DNA of 64,000 nucleotides from Escherichia coli (GCF_002854065.1 NZ_CP024147.1), one strand, 5' to 3'; positions 39,706 through 53,652 are shown, counted from the first letter of the stretch. A program made the numbers and translations. Notes: generated by a model not told the origin, from the sequence alone.

Positions 39706-41406
39706 TCATTGCGACGGCGCGGGAAGCCAGGCTTCGGTAAATTCAAACCAGCCGCGCGGTGTCAGTCGCACACCGTTCACGCCGGGAGGGGCACTAATGC
39801 GATAGTGATAGTTGAATAGCGGCGTCAGCGTCGCGTCTGCCATTAACTGGCTAAAAACCGCTTTCAGGGCATTAAATCGGTTTTCCTCATCAGGCATTAC
39901 TTGCACCGCGTCCAGTGTCGATTGCAAATGGGCATATGCTGGAGCGTCGAAAACATGTGGCCACAGTGGATCGCAACGTAGCCATTGCTCCAGAGTATAT
40001 TCCGGTGCTTCGCCAATTAATCTGTCGCCCATCATGAGGTCTGCGTGTGCCAGTAGGGTCGTGTCGTCCCAGTTTTTTGCGTTATGAAAAATAATTGTGA
40101 GTTCACAGCCTTCCGCTGCCAGTGTCGCCTGTAGGCGTTCTGCCATGGTATGAAGTTCTATCGGTAGGTGATAAACCAGCGTCAAGGTTTTCGGTAGTTT
40201 GACTTCATCCGGTACGTGCCAATGCGGAATAGTCCAGCCTGGCAGTAATGCATGACTGGCGGTGATCAGGTTTTCTCCGACTTCTAACGTTTGTAATAAA
40301 CCGGATTGATGAATAATGGAGATCACTTTTCGCGCCTGCCAGAGGGACAGTCGGGGACTTTTGCGCAACGTTAAATAGCAAAAACCTAAACTGATGCCAC
40401 TACTGACCTGGCTGACCCGTTGCAGCTCCTCCGGTTTGCCGATGGTGATTTGCACGGGATGCCGACAACTGGTTCCCAAATCTTTTTCGAAAAGCGGCGG
40501 AGTTATCCAGTACTCAACCGCTTTAAGCAGCGGATGACGTAAATGGTAATAATCATGGCTTTCCAGGCGCACCAGCTCCGCTGTGAATTGTGTTAAGCGA
40601 AAAGGACCCGTGCCGATCAGTGGGAATTGCGGATGCGCCAGATGACTGCAATAGCTCGCCAGCCGGTGCGCAAGCCAGTAATCAGGGCGATGTAAAAAGA
40701 AGGTCAGACACTGCGGATGGGTGACCTCAATACGCTTCACGCTAATAAATAATTGATCCAGTGCTGGCAGTTGTAACAGCATCAATAATCGCTGGTGTAA
40801 GTGTGAGGCTTTTACTGCATCGCCGTTATGCCAGTGTAGGGTTGAACGAAGATAAAAGTCCCAGCGTAACCCGTCAGCAGAGTTTTCCCAGTGATGCGCT
40901 AAATCGCCAATCGGGCGCTGGGTATTATTATCGAAGCGGGTCAGGCCGGAAAATATCTGTCCGGCGAGATGCTGCTCGGCACGGCCGGGCAAAAAGCCCG
41001 GTTGTAGCGGTTCGAGCGGGCGATAGTAGGGAATACGCAACGTGGGTGTATCGTTTTGCCATTGTCCGCCCATAAACGGCTGTAACAGAGTGCGCAGCTC
41101 ACCTGGGGCCAGTTGCGCCAGCTCCAGCACATCTTGCTGCTTTCCGGTTTCCAGTGCCTTTTCCATCATCGCATTGCGTAGCGATTCTGGCGTGACCAGA
41201 AAGCGTAATTGTCCGCGCTTTCCGCGTCCTGACTGCGCCTGCCACTCCAGCCATCCCGCCTCCTGTGCCTGACGCAACAGCGTACGAACATGGCGTTCGC
41301 TGCAAAAACAGCGTTCGGCCAGTTCGCTGACGGTGACGGTTTGCGGCTTTCCGGCGGAAGGTTGCCACAGACGTTGATACTGGTTAAGACGGTTGAGCAG
41401 TCGCAT
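39706..41406 (-). CDS. ybaE: Solute-binding-like protein YbaE
   Basis: ORF 39706..41421 trimmed to ATG 41406 (566 aa). Confidence 0.85.
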   Translation of the reverse strand: MRLLNRLNQYQRLWQPSAGKPQTVTVSELAERCFCSERHVRTLLRQAQEAGWLEWQAQSGRGKRGQLRFLVTPESLRNAMMEKALETGKQQDVLELAQLAPGELRTLLQPFMGGQWQNDTPTLRIPYYRPLEPLQPGFLPGRAEQHLAGQIFSGLTRFDNNTQRPIGDLAHHWENSADGLRWDFYLRSTLHWHNGDAVKASHLHQRLLMLLQLPALDQLFISVKRIEVTHPQCLTFFLHRPDYWLAHRLASYCSHLAHPQFPLIGTGPFRLTQFTAELVRLESHDYYHLRHPLLKAVEYWITPPLFEKDLGTSCRHPVQITIGKPEELQRVSQVSSGISLGFCYLTLRKSPRLSLWQARKVISIIHQSGLLQTLEVGENLITASHALLPGWTIPHWHVPDEVKLPKTLTLVYHLPIELHTMAERLQATLAAEGCELTIIFHNAKNWDDTTLLAHADLMMGDRLIGEAPEYTLEQWLRCDPLWPHVFDAPAYAHLQSTLDAVQVMPDEENRFNALKAVFSQLMADATLTPLFNYHYRISAPPGVNGVRLTPRGWFEFTEAWLPAPSQ

Positions 41407-41505
41407 ATAAACCCGGAACAATATTATTTAACTATTCACTATTACTTCCGTATATATCAGGTGATACTCAATCACCATTAACCGTGTCACAGAGTGGAGA
41501 AAGAA

Positions 41506-42324
41506 ATGGCTCGTCTGGCAGCATTTGATATGGATGGCACTTTATTGATGCCTGACCATCATTTAGGTGAGAAAACCCTCTCTACTTTGGCGCGACTGCG
41601 TGAACGCGACATTACCCTCACTTTTGCCACGGGGCGTCATGCGCTGGAGATGCAGCATATTCTCGGGGCGATATCGCTGGATGCGTATTTGATTACCGGC
41701 AACGGAACGCGCGTGCATTCTCTGGAAGGTGAACTTTTACATCGTGATGATTTACCTGCGGATGTCGCGGAGCTGGTGCTGTATCAGCAATGGGATACCC
41801 GAGCCAGCATGCATATTTTCAATGACGACGGTTGGTTTACCGGGAAAGAGATCCCTGCGTTGTTGCAGGCATTTGTCTATAGCGGTTTTCGTTATCAAAT
41901 AATCGATGTCAAAAAAATGCCACTCGGCAGCGTCACCAAGATCTGCTTCTGTGGCGATCACGACGATCTTACACGCTTGCAGATCCAGCTACACGAAGCA
42001 TTATCCGAGCGTGCACATTTGTGTTTTTCCGCCACGGATTGCCTCGAAGTGCTGCCGGTGGGCTGCAATAAAGGCGCTGCACTGACGGTGCTGACCCAAC
42101 ATTTAGGTTTATCGTTGCGCGATTGCATGGCCTTTGGTGATGCGATGAACGATCGCGAAATGTTAGGCAGCGTCGGTAGCGGATTTATTATGGGCAATGC
42201 GATGCCGCAACTGCGCGCGGAGCTCCCGCATTTACCGGTGATTGGACATTGCCGAAATCAGGCTGTCTCTCACTATTTGACGCACTGGCTGGACTATCCA
42301 CATCTACCTTATTCCCCCGAATAA
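41506..42324 (+). CDS. cof: HAD-family HMP-PP phosphatase Cof
   Basis: ORF begins with GTG at 41494; ATG 41506 gives [14 protein letters not shown]... (272 aa) with HAD DxDGT motif. Confidence 0.9.
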
Positions 42325-42340
42325 CGAGATCCCTTCCAGC

Positions 42341-42366
42341 ACCGGGCAATTGCCCGGTTTTTTTTG
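42341..42366 (+). terminator. Terminator after cof
   Basis: Perfect palindrome ACCGGGCAATTGCCCGGT followed by T8. Confidence 0.7.
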
Positions 42367-42476
42367 CGTTGAATTTGTCATTTTGTGCCGTGGTGTTTAA
42401 ACCGCACAGAATAAATTGTCGTGATTTCACCTTTAAAATAAAATTAAAAGAGAAAAAAATTCTCTGTGGAAGGGCT

Positions 42477-42935
42477 ATGTTAGATAAAATTGACCGTAAG
42501 CTGCTGGCCTTACTGCAGCAGGATTGCACCCTCTCTTTGCAGGCACTGGCTGAAGCCGTTAATCTGACAACCACCCCTTGCTGGAAGCGCCTGAAACGGC
42601 TGGAGGACGACGGTATCCTTATCGGCAAAGTCGCCCTGCTGGATCCGGAAAAAATAGGCCTCGGTCTGACCGCCTTTGTGCTGATAAAAACGCAACATCA
42701 CAGCAGCGAATGGTATTGCCGCTTTGTCACGGTGGTTACCGAAATGCCAGAAGTGCTGGGGTTCTGGCGCATGGCTGGTGAATACGATTATCTGATGCGC
42801 GTCCAGGTTGCCGACATGAAACGCTACGACGAGTTTTATAAGCGTCTGGTAAACAGCGTGCCGGGGCTGTCGGACGTCACTTCCAGCTTCGCGATGGAAC
42901 AGATTAAATACACCACTTCTTTACCCATCGAATAA
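42477..42935 (+). CDS. decR: Lrp/AsnC-family transcriptional regulator DecR (YbaO)
   Basis: ORF 42249..42935 trimmed to ATG 42477 ([31 protein letters not shown]...), 152 aa. Confidence 0.9.
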
Positions 42936-42964
42936 ATATCCAGAATCAGGTCAGGACACAACGC

Positions 42965-46511
<3,547 letters not shown>

Positions 46512-46623
46512 ATAGCGCAATATTTCATCGTTGGTGCAAAAATGTAACGCACTGTGCACTGTCATAGTGCGTTTTCATTTTCAAACTTCTTAACTTCCTG
46601 CTCTCTTTCTCATTTTTCATTTC

Positions 46624-46639
46624 TGGCACACCGCTTGCA
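46624..46639 (+). promoter_or_regulatory. Sigma54 promoter (-24/-12) of glnK-amtB
   Basis: TGGCAC-accgc-TTGCA, exact GG-N10-GC spacing, about 55 bp upstream of glnK ATG. Confidence 0.65.
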
Positions 46640-46691
46640 ATATCTTCTTCGTGTAGCAGAACCATTACCGAATTCTGACCGGAGGGGATCT

Positions 46692-47030
46692 ATGAAGCTG
46701 GTGACCGTGATAATCAAACCATTCAAGCTGGAAGACGTTCGTGAAGCGTTATCTTCCATTGGTATTCAGGGCCTGACCGTCACCGAAGTGAAAGGTTTCG
46801 GGCGTCAGAAAGGGCATGCCGAGCTGTACCGGGGGGCGGAATACAGCGTCAACTTCCTGCCAAAAGTAAAAATTGATGTGGCGATTGCTGATGACCAACT
46901 CGATGAAGTGATCGATATCGTCAGTAAGGCGGCTTACACCGGAAAAATTGGCGACGGCAAAATCTTTGTCGCTGAATTGCAACGCGTCATTCGTATTCGT
47001 ACCGGCGAAGCCGACGAAGCGGCGCTGTAA
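46692..47030 (+). CDS. glnK: Nitrogen regulatory protein PII-2
   Basis: ORF 46554..47030 trimmed to ATG 46692 (MKLVTVIIKPFKLEDVREAL...), 112 aa. Confidence 0.97.
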   Translation: MKLVTVIIKPFKLEDVREALSSIGIQGLTVTEVKGFGRQKGHAELYRGAEYSVNFLPKVKIDVAIADDQLDEVIDIVSKAAYTGKIGDGKIFVAELQRVIRIRTGEADEAAL

Positions 47031-47059
47031 TCTCTGGCACACAGCAACAGGAACGAAAA

Positions 47060-48346
47060 ATGAAGATAGCGACGATAAAAACTGGGCTTGCTTCACTGGC
47101 GATGCTGCCGGGACTGGTAATGGCTGCACCTGCGGTGGCCGATAAAGCCGACAATGCGTTTATGATGATCTGTACTGCGCTAGTGCTGTTTATGACTATT
47201 CCGGGGATTGCCCTGTTTTACGGTGGGTTGATTCGCGGCAAAAACGTGCTGTCGATGCTGACGCAGGTGACGGTGACATTTGCACTGGTCTGTATTCTCT
47301 GGGTGGTTTACGGTTACTCGCTGGCGTTTGGTGAGGGCAACAACTTCTTCGGCAACATTAACTGGTTGATGCTGAAAAACATCGAACTGACGGCGGTGAT
47401 GGGCAGCATTTATCAGTATATCCACGTGGCGTTTCAGGGATCGTTTGCCTGCATTACCGTAGGCTTGATAGTTGGGGCGCTGGCGGAACGAATCCGCTTC
47501 TCAGCTGTGTTGATTTTCGTGGTGGTATGGCTGACGCTCTCTTACATTCCGATTGCGCATATGGTCTGGGGCGGTGGTTTGCTGGCTTCTCACGGTGCGC
47601 TGGATTTCGCGGGTGGCACCGTGGTGCACATTAACGCCGCAATCGCCGGTCTGGTGGGCGCGTATCTGATAGGCAAACGCGTGGGCTTCGGCAAAGAGGC
47701 GTTTAAACCGCACAACCTGCCGATGGTCTTCACCGGGACTGCCATTCTCTATATCGGTTGGTTTGGCTTTAACGCCGGGTCAGCGGGCACGGCGAATGAA
47801 ATCGCGGCACTGGCATTTGTGAATACTGTGGTCGCAACGGCGGCGGCAATTCTTGGCTGGATCTTCGGTGAATGGGCGCTGCGTGGTAAGCCTTCACTGC
47901 TGGGGGCGTGTTCTGGCGCGATTGCCGGTCTGGTCGGCGTGACGCCAGCGTGTGGCTACATTGGTGTTGGCGGCGCGTTGATTATCGGCGTGGTAGCTGG
48001 TCTGGCGGGCTTGTGGGGCGTTACCATGCTCAAACGCTTGCTGCGGGTGGATGATCCCTGCGATGTCTTCGGTGTGCACGGCGTTTGTGGCATTGTCGGC
48101 TGTATCATGACCGGGATTTTTGCCGCCAGCTCGCTGGGCGGCGTGGGCTTCGCTGAAGGTGTGACGATGGGCCATCAGTTGCTGGTACAGTTGGAAAGCA
48201 TTGCCATTACGATCGTCTGGTCCGGTGTGGTGGCATTTATTGGCTACAAACTGGCGGATCTGACGGTTGGCCTGCGTGTGCCGGAAGAACAAGAGCGAGA
48301 AGGGCTGGACGTCAACAGTCACGGCGAGAATGCCTATAACGCGTAA
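47060..48346 (+). CDS. amtB: Ammonium transporter AmtB
   Basis: 428 aa with signal peptide MKIATIKTGLASLAMLPGLVMA and 11-TM Amt fold. Confidence 0.97.
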   Translation: MKIATIKTGLASLAMLPGLVMAAPAVADKADNAFMMICTALVLFMTIPGIALFYGGLIRGKNVLSMLTQVTVTFALVCILWVVYGYSLAFGEGNNFFGNINWLMLKNIELTAVMGSIYQYIHVAFQGSFACITVGLIVGALAERIRFSAVLIFVVVWLTLSYIPIAHMVWGGGLLASHGALDFAGGTVVHINAAIAGLVGAYLIGKRVGFGKEAFKPHNLPMVFTGTAILYIGWFGFNAGSAGTANEIAALAFVNTVVATAAAILGWIFGEWALRGKPSLLGACSGAIAGLVGVTPACGYIGVGGALIIGVVAGLAGLWGVTMLKRLLRVDDPCDVFGVHGVCGIVGCIMTGIFAASSLGGVGFAEGVTMGHQLLVQLESIAITIVWSGVVAFIGYKLADLTVGLRVPEEQEREGLDVNSHGENAYNA

Positions 48347-48363
48347 CAAGCACTGCAAAAAAC

Positions 48364-48397
48364 AGCCGGACGGTTTTCACCTCCGGCTATTTTTTTA
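48364..48397. terminator. Bidirectional terminator between convergent amtB and tesB
   Basis: GCCGGA ... TCCGGC stem flanked by A6 upstream and T7 downstream. Confidence 0.55.
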
Positions 48398-49255
48398 ATT
48401 GTGATTACGCATCACCCCTTCCTGAACGGTCGAGGCAACCAGTACGCCGTCCTGGGTATAAAACTCACCGCGCACAAAGCCACGTGCGCTGGACGCCGAG
48501 GTGCTCTCCACGCTATACAGCAGCCATTCATTCAAATTAAACGGGCGATGGAACCACATGGAATGGTCAATGGTGGCAATCTGAATCCCCGGTTCGAGAA
48601 AACCGATGCCGTGCGGCTGTAGAGCTACCGGCAGGAAGTTAAGATCAGAAGCGTAACCGAGCAGATACTGATGAACGCGCAGGTCATCCGGCACGCTACC
48701 ATTTGCGCGGATCCACACCTGACGATGTGGTTCTGCGACGTGACCTTTCAGTGGGTTATGAAACTCCACCGGACGGACTTCCAGCGGACGATCGCAGATG
48801 AATTTATCTTTCAGCACTGGCGGCAGCAGGTGCGCCAGCGACTGGGCGATTTGCGTTTCCGAAGGCAGGCCATCAGGCGCTGGCGCGGACGGCATTGTTT
48901 TTTGATGTTCGAAACCCGCTTCTGGTGCCTGGAAAGAGGCCGTCATATAAAAAATCGGTTTGCCGTTTTGAATAGCAGCAACCCGGCGGGCGCTGAAGCT
49001 GTTACCGTCACGCAGCGTTTCGACATCATAAATAATCGGCTTCTTACTATCGCCAGGGCGAAGAAAGTAGCTGTGAAACGAATGTACCAGCCGCTCTTCA
49101 GGGACGGTCTCTTTTGCAGCATACAAGGCCTGACCCACGACCTGGCCGCCAAACACCTGGCGTAAACCTAAATCTTCACTCTGGCCGCGAAAGAGTCCTT
49201 CCTCAATTTTTTCCAGATTTAACAATGTCAGTAAATTTTTTAGCGCCTGACTCAT
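48395..49255 (-). CDS. tesB: Acyl-CoA thioesterase II
   Basis: ORF 48395..49273 trimmed to ATG 49255 ([24 protein letters not shown]...), 286 aa. Confidence 0.93.
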
Positions 49256-49472
49256 ATAACTCTCCAGTAACAAAGCTGCCGCAGCAAGCCAAAGTGAGTT
49301 GAGTATAACGCAAATTTGCTACTGGTCCGATGGGTGCAATGGTCTGAATTACGGGCTAATTACAGGCAGAAATGCGTGATGTGTGCCACACTTGTTGACG
49401 TTACTATTTTGTTAACCACTCTTCCGGCGAGGAAAGTTAGCCCGCTGGTGCATTGATAATAAGGAGAAATGA

Positions 49473-50045
49473 ATGAAACTCGTGCACATGGCCAGTGGTT
49501 TAGCGGTTGCGATTGCGTTGGCGGCTTGCGCAGATAAAAGCGCGGATATTCAGACGCCAGCCCCGGCTGCAAATACGTCTATTTCAGCAACACAACAACC
49601 TGCTATCCAGCAACCGAATGTCTTCGGTACCGTCTGGATCCGTCAGAAAGTCGCACTGCCGCCTGATGCTGTGCTGACCGTGACACTTTCTGACGCGTCG
49701 TTAGCCGATGCACCGTCAAAAGTGCTGGCGCAGAAAGCGGTGCGTACTGAAGGTAAACAGTCACCATTCAGCTTTGTTCTGCCATTTAACCCGGCAGATG
49801 TTCAGCCGAACGCGCGTATTCTGTTGAGTGCGGCGATTACCGTGAATGACAAACTGGTATTTATCACCGATACCGTTCAGCCGGTGATCAACCAGGGCGG
49901 AACTAAAGCCGACCTGACATTGGTGCCGGTACAGCAAACCGCCGTGCCGGTTCAGGCCAGCGGTGGCGCAACGACTACCGTACCTTCGACTTCACCAACT
50001 CAGGTGAATCCGTCTTCGGCAGTTCCAGCTCCTACGCAATATTAA
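49473..50045 (+). CDS. ybaY: Lipoprotein YbaY
   Basis: 190 aa with lipobox LAAC. Confidence 0.88.
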   Translation: MKLVHMASGLAVAIALAACADKSADIQTPAPAANTSISATQQPAIQQPNVFGTVWIRQKVALPPDAVLTVTLSDASLADAPSKVLAQKAVRTEGKQSPFSFVLPFNPADVQPNARILLSAAITVNDKLVFITDTVQPVINQGGTKADLTLVPVQQTAVPVQASGGATTTVPSTSPTQVNPSSAVPAPTQY

Positions 50046-50053
50046 GCGACGTT

Positions 50054-50077
50054 AACCCTCTCCGCCCGGAGAGGGTT
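50054..50077. terminator. Hairpin between convergent ybaY and atl
   Basis: AACCCTCTCC-gccc-GGAGAGGGTT perfect inverted repeat. Confidence 0.55.
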
Positions 50078-50465
50078 AGTAGTTCCAGCGATAACGCTGC
50101 AAGTCGATTTGCCCGCTTCCCGATACCATCACACCTTCTGCCAGTAATGCCTGTCGCTGACGCTGTAAATCCGGTCCGGTTAGCGAAATTGTGCCGTGGC
50201 GATTAACCACCCGGTGCCAGGGTAAGGTGCTGCCTTCAGGGAGACGCTTTAACACACCGCCCACCTGGCGCGCGGCGCGGGGCGATCCCGCCAGTTTCGC
50301 CACATCACCGTAAGTGGTTACATAGCCTTCGGGAATAGCGGCGACGATTTGCCAGACGCGTTGGGGAAATGAATCTTCTTTTTCCATCTTTTCTTCCTGA
50401 GTTAATTTTTCAGCATAATCTGGAAAAACGCCCGAGTGAAGCCGCATTGCGCAAGAAACCAGCAT
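50076..50465 (-). CDS. atl: DNA base-flipping alkyltransferase-like protein Atl (YbaZ)
   Basis: ORF 50076..50486; likely ATG at 50465 (129 aa); O6-alkylguanine-DNA-alkyltransferase-like fold lacking catalytic Cys (PWHRVVN). Confidence 0.8.
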   Translation of the reverse strand: MLVSCAMRLHSGVFPDYAEKLTQEEKMEKEDSFPQRVWQIVAAIPEGYVTTYGDVAKLAGSPRAARQVGGVLKRLPEGSTLPWHRVVNRHGTISLTGPDLQRQRQALLAEGVMVSGSGQIDLQRYRWNY

Positions 50466-50541
50466 CTGGCACGCAATGGGTTGCAATTAGCCGGGGCAGC
50501 AGTGATAATGCGCCTGCGCGTTGGTTCTCAACGCTCTCAAT

Positions 50542-50655
50542 GGGGGCTCTGTTGGTTCTCCCGCAACGCTACTCTGTTTACCAGGTCAGGTCCGGAAGGA
50601 AGCAGCCAAGGCAGATGACGCGTGTGCCGGGATGTAGCTGGCAGGGCCCCCACCC
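50542..50655 (+). ncRNA. ffs: 4.5S RNA (signal recognition particle RNA)
   Basis: 114-nt stretch GGGGGCTCTGTTGGTTCTCCCGCAACGC...GGCAGGGCCCCCACCC matches remembered 4.5S RNA; located between atl and ybaA as in K-12. Confidence 0.92.
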
Positions 50656-50765
50656 ATTTCTGCCTCCCACCGTTTCGTCAAAAAATCCCAACATGGCTAA
50701 ACTTTAACCACAACTGACGTCGCAAGAATTGTCTGGCTGCGCAGTACGCTTCGGAGGTATGTCTG

Positions 50766-51119
50766 ATGAAGTATGTTGATGGTTTTGTGGTTGCCGTTCC
50801 TGCCGATAAAAAGGATGCCTATCGGGAAATGGCCGCTAAGGCCGCGCCATTGTTTAAAGAGTTTGGCGCGCTTCGTATTGTCGAATGCTGGGCCAGCGAT
50901 GTACCGGATGGCAAAGTGACCGATTTTCGTATGGCGGTGAAAGCGGAAGAGAATGAAGAGGTTGTCTTTAGCTGGATTGAATACCCTTCAAAAGAGGTCC
51001 GCGACGCAGCTAATCAAAAGATGATGTCGGACCCACGGATGAAAGAGTTCGGCGAGTCCATGCCGTTTGACGGCAAGCGAATGATCTATGGCGGATTCGA
51101 GTCAATCATCGACGAATAG
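50766..51119 (+). CDS. ybaA: DUF1428 family protein YbaA
   Basis: 117-aa ORF MKYVDGFVVAVPADKKDAYREMAAK... Confidence 0.88.
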   Translation: MKYVDGFVVAVPADKKDAYREMAAKAAPLFKEFGALRIVECWASDVPDGKVTDFRMAVKAEENEEVVFSWIEYPSKEVRDAANQKMMSDPRMKEFGESMPFDGKRMIYGGFESIIDE

Positions 51120-51160
51120 GTAGCGTGACGGGCTGTGCGGCGTGCCGTCAGCCCAAAAAT

Positions 51161-52216
51161 TCACAAATGTTGCTCGGCCCAGCGTAAGAAATCTTCTTTC
51201 GGTAATGCCTTGCTGTAGAGCCAGCCCTGACCGTAGTGCACGCCATGCTGGCGTAGCCACTCTTCTTGTTTACTGGTTTCGATTCCCTCCGCTACTATTT
51301 TCAGTTTCAGTGTTTTTGCCATTTCGATGATATGCGGCGTGACATTTTTATATTCCAGCGCATCAACGAAAGATTTATCGATCTTCAGAATGTCGACATC
51401 CAGATCCTGTAAATAACTTAAACTTGAATACCCCGTACCAAAATCATCAAGATAAATTTCATGGCCCGCCTCCCGGTAGCGAGAAATTATCGGGGCGCTG
51501 GTTTTCGGATCGGCAAACTCGCGTTCAGTGAGTTCAAGCGCGATCTGTCTGGGATTAACCTGATAGTGATTGATCATTTCACGCAGCAATTGCGGGATTT
51601 TTTCCGAGGTGAGCACGGTGGATTCAAGATTGATCGAAATATGCTGCTGTGGATGCTGACGCAGCCAGTCGCCCATATCTTCAAAGACGCTTCTTATAAT
51701 CAGTAGCGTCAATGGCTCAGAAAGGCCCGTTTGCTGTGCCAGCGGAATAAAACTATCTGGTGACAACCAACTACCGTCTGTCTGCGGCCAGCGCGCCAGT
51801 GCCTCAGCACCGACAATTTTGCCATTGGCTAAGGAGACAATCGGCTGATAGTGCACGCAAATATCACGATTTTCGATAGCATCCTGCAGCCGATGATGCG
51901 GTGACTGGATGCGGCGCAAAATGCGCAGCACAAACATCGCTGCCAGCAGGCCAATCACCAACCCGAGCGGTAACCAAATAAAGACTTGCCGATGCCAGCC
52001 TTTCTGCAACATTTTCGATGAAGCCCAGGTGATAATTGAAATATTCATCTCCGGGAAGGGCAGGATATCGTAAATGATTCCATTATTTTCGATATGCTCA
52101 CCGGGTGTTTTTTGTAGCCTGGTAATAATTCCCTGACCAATTTCATCGCTGCTGGTTATGACAACGTTATGGGCATTGCCAATAATGGCGGCATCAATTT
52201 GCCATGAGCTATAGGG
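51161..52216 (-). pseudogene. pdeB: pdeB (ylaB) c-di-GMP phosphodiesterase, C-terminal fragment (EAL domain) truncated by IS1
   Basis: EAL-domain ORF 51161..52048; hand translation shows the frame stays open upstream to the IS1 junction at 52216 (…PYSSWQIDAAIIGNAHNVV…). Confidence 0.8.
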
Positions 52217-52271
52217 GGTGATGCTGCCAACTTACTGATTTAGTGTATGATGGTGTTTTTGAGGTGCTCCA

Positions 52272-52547
52272 GTGGCTTCTGTTTCTATCAGCTGTCCCTC
52301 CTGTTCAGCTACTGACGGGGTGGTGCGTAACGGCAAAAGCACTGCCGGACATCAGCGCTATCTCTGCTCTCACTGCCGTAAAACATGGCAACTGCAGTTC
52401 ACTTACACCGCTTCTCAACCCGGTACGCACCAGAAAATCATTGATATGGCCATGAATGGCGTTGGATGCCGGGCAACCGCCCGCATTATGGGCGTTGGCC
52501 TCAACACGATTTTCCGCCATTTAAAAAACTCAGGCCGCAGTCGGTAA
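52272..52547 (+). CDS. insA: IS1 protein InsA
   Basis: GTG-initiated 91-aa [38 protein letters not shown]... Confidence 0.93.
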   Translation: MASVSISCPSCSATDGVVRNGKSTAGHQRYLCSHCRKTWQLQFTYTASQPGTHQKIIDMAMNGVGCRATARIMGVGLNTIFRHLKNSGRSR

Positions 52548-52969
52548 CCTCGCGCATACAGCCGGGCAGTGACGTCATCGTCTGCGCGGAAATGGACGAA
52601 CAGTGGGGATACGTCGGGGCTAAATCGCGCCAGCGCTGGCTGTTTTACGCGTATGACAGGCTCCGGAAGACGGTTGTTGCGCACGTATTCGGTGAACGCA
52701 CTATGGCGACGCTGGGGCGTCTTATGAGCCTGCTGTCACCCTTTGACGTGGTGATATGGATGACGGATGGCTGGCCGCTGTATGAATCCCGCCTGAAGGG
52801 AAAGCTGCACGTAATCAGCAAGCGATATACGCAGCGAATTGAGCGGCATAACCTGAATCTGAGGCAGCACCTGGCACGGCTGGGACGGAAGTCGCTGTCG
52901 TTCTCAAAATCGGTGGAGCTGCATGACAAAGTCATCGGGCATTATCTGAACATAAAACACTATCAATAA
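52466..52969 (+). CDS. insB: IS1 InsB' frame (expressed as InsAB' transposase by -1 frameshift)
   Basis: 167-aa ORF in the -1 frame relative to insA; A6C slippery motif at 52523..52529. Confidence 0.9.
   Translation: MPGNRPHYGRWPQHDFPPFKKLRPQSVTSRIQPGSDVIVCAEMDEQWGYVGAKSRQRWLFYAYDRLRKTVVAHVFGERTMATLGRLMSLLSPFDVVIWMTDGWPLYESRLKGKLHVISKRYTQRIERHNLNLRQHLARLGRKSLSFSKSVELHDKVIGHYLNIKHYQ
52523..52529 (+). promoter_or_regulatory. IS1 programmed -1 ribosomal frameshift motif (A6C)
   Basis: AAAAAAC within TTTAAAAAACTC in insA/insB' overlap. Confidence 0.7.
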
Positions 52970-52984
52970 GTTGGAGTCATTACC

Positions 52985-53495
52985 AGCTATAGGGAATGAC
53001 ATCAATAAAGGAAGCGGGGTCGATCATGACGACATAATGTGCCGTTCCCATGGCGACCATGTAACGGATAATGCCTAAATCGTTATGTGATGTTAACCAG
53101 ACACGATAACCATCTTTCGAAATTTTACCTGGCTCGGGGAAGGTATCGGGCGGACTTTCATGCTCCAGAGACGAACACTGGGGAACGTTGTTATCGATAT
53201 AAACCACTTCCTGAATATAGCGATAACTGTAAGATACCCGACGCATTTCCATGAGATGGGCTTCGCTACAGGCAGCGCCTTGCCATCTTTCCAGCTCTTG
53301 CATCGCATCTTTCCCTTGTGTCGCCACCTTATTGGCCCGAATAGCGACGCGGGAGGAATAGGTATCCAGCTCTTCAATAAACGATGTTTCTACCTGCTGA
53401 TGGGCCAGCCAGATGCTTAAGCCGACAGGCAGCAATACTGAAAGAATCAGTACTCCCGAAATAAGGCCGACCAGATGTCGTGTTCTCACCAGCAT
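52985..53495 (-). pseudogene. pdeB: pdeB (ylaB) N-terminal fragment (periplasmic CSS-motif sensor domain) truncated by IS1
   Basis: ORF 52980..53495 (MLVRTRHLVGLISGVLILSVLLPVG...), runs into IS1 right end; last codons before junction encode PYS, duplicated at the other junction. Confidence 0.8.
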
Positions 53496-53652
53496 ATCCT
53501 TATTAACACAGTGTAGGGAAAGTATATCTGATTGTGGAAAAAGGCTGGCAGGAGATAAGGAGGTAGAGCTGGTATTTCATGAAGTGATGGGTGGAAACGA
53601 TCGTTGTCATTTGACCAGGCGCAGAGCTTTACGCCTGGTATGTAATCCTAAC

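Larger units (their letters stand above)
52217..52984 (+). mobile_element. Insertion sequence IS1, intact 768-bp copy
   Basis: Left end GGTGATGCTGCCAACTTACTGAT at 52217, right end ...AAGTTGGAGTCATTACC at 52984; insA and insB' frames present; flanked by direct repeat AGCTATAGGG (52207..52216 and 52985..52994). Confidence 0.95.
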
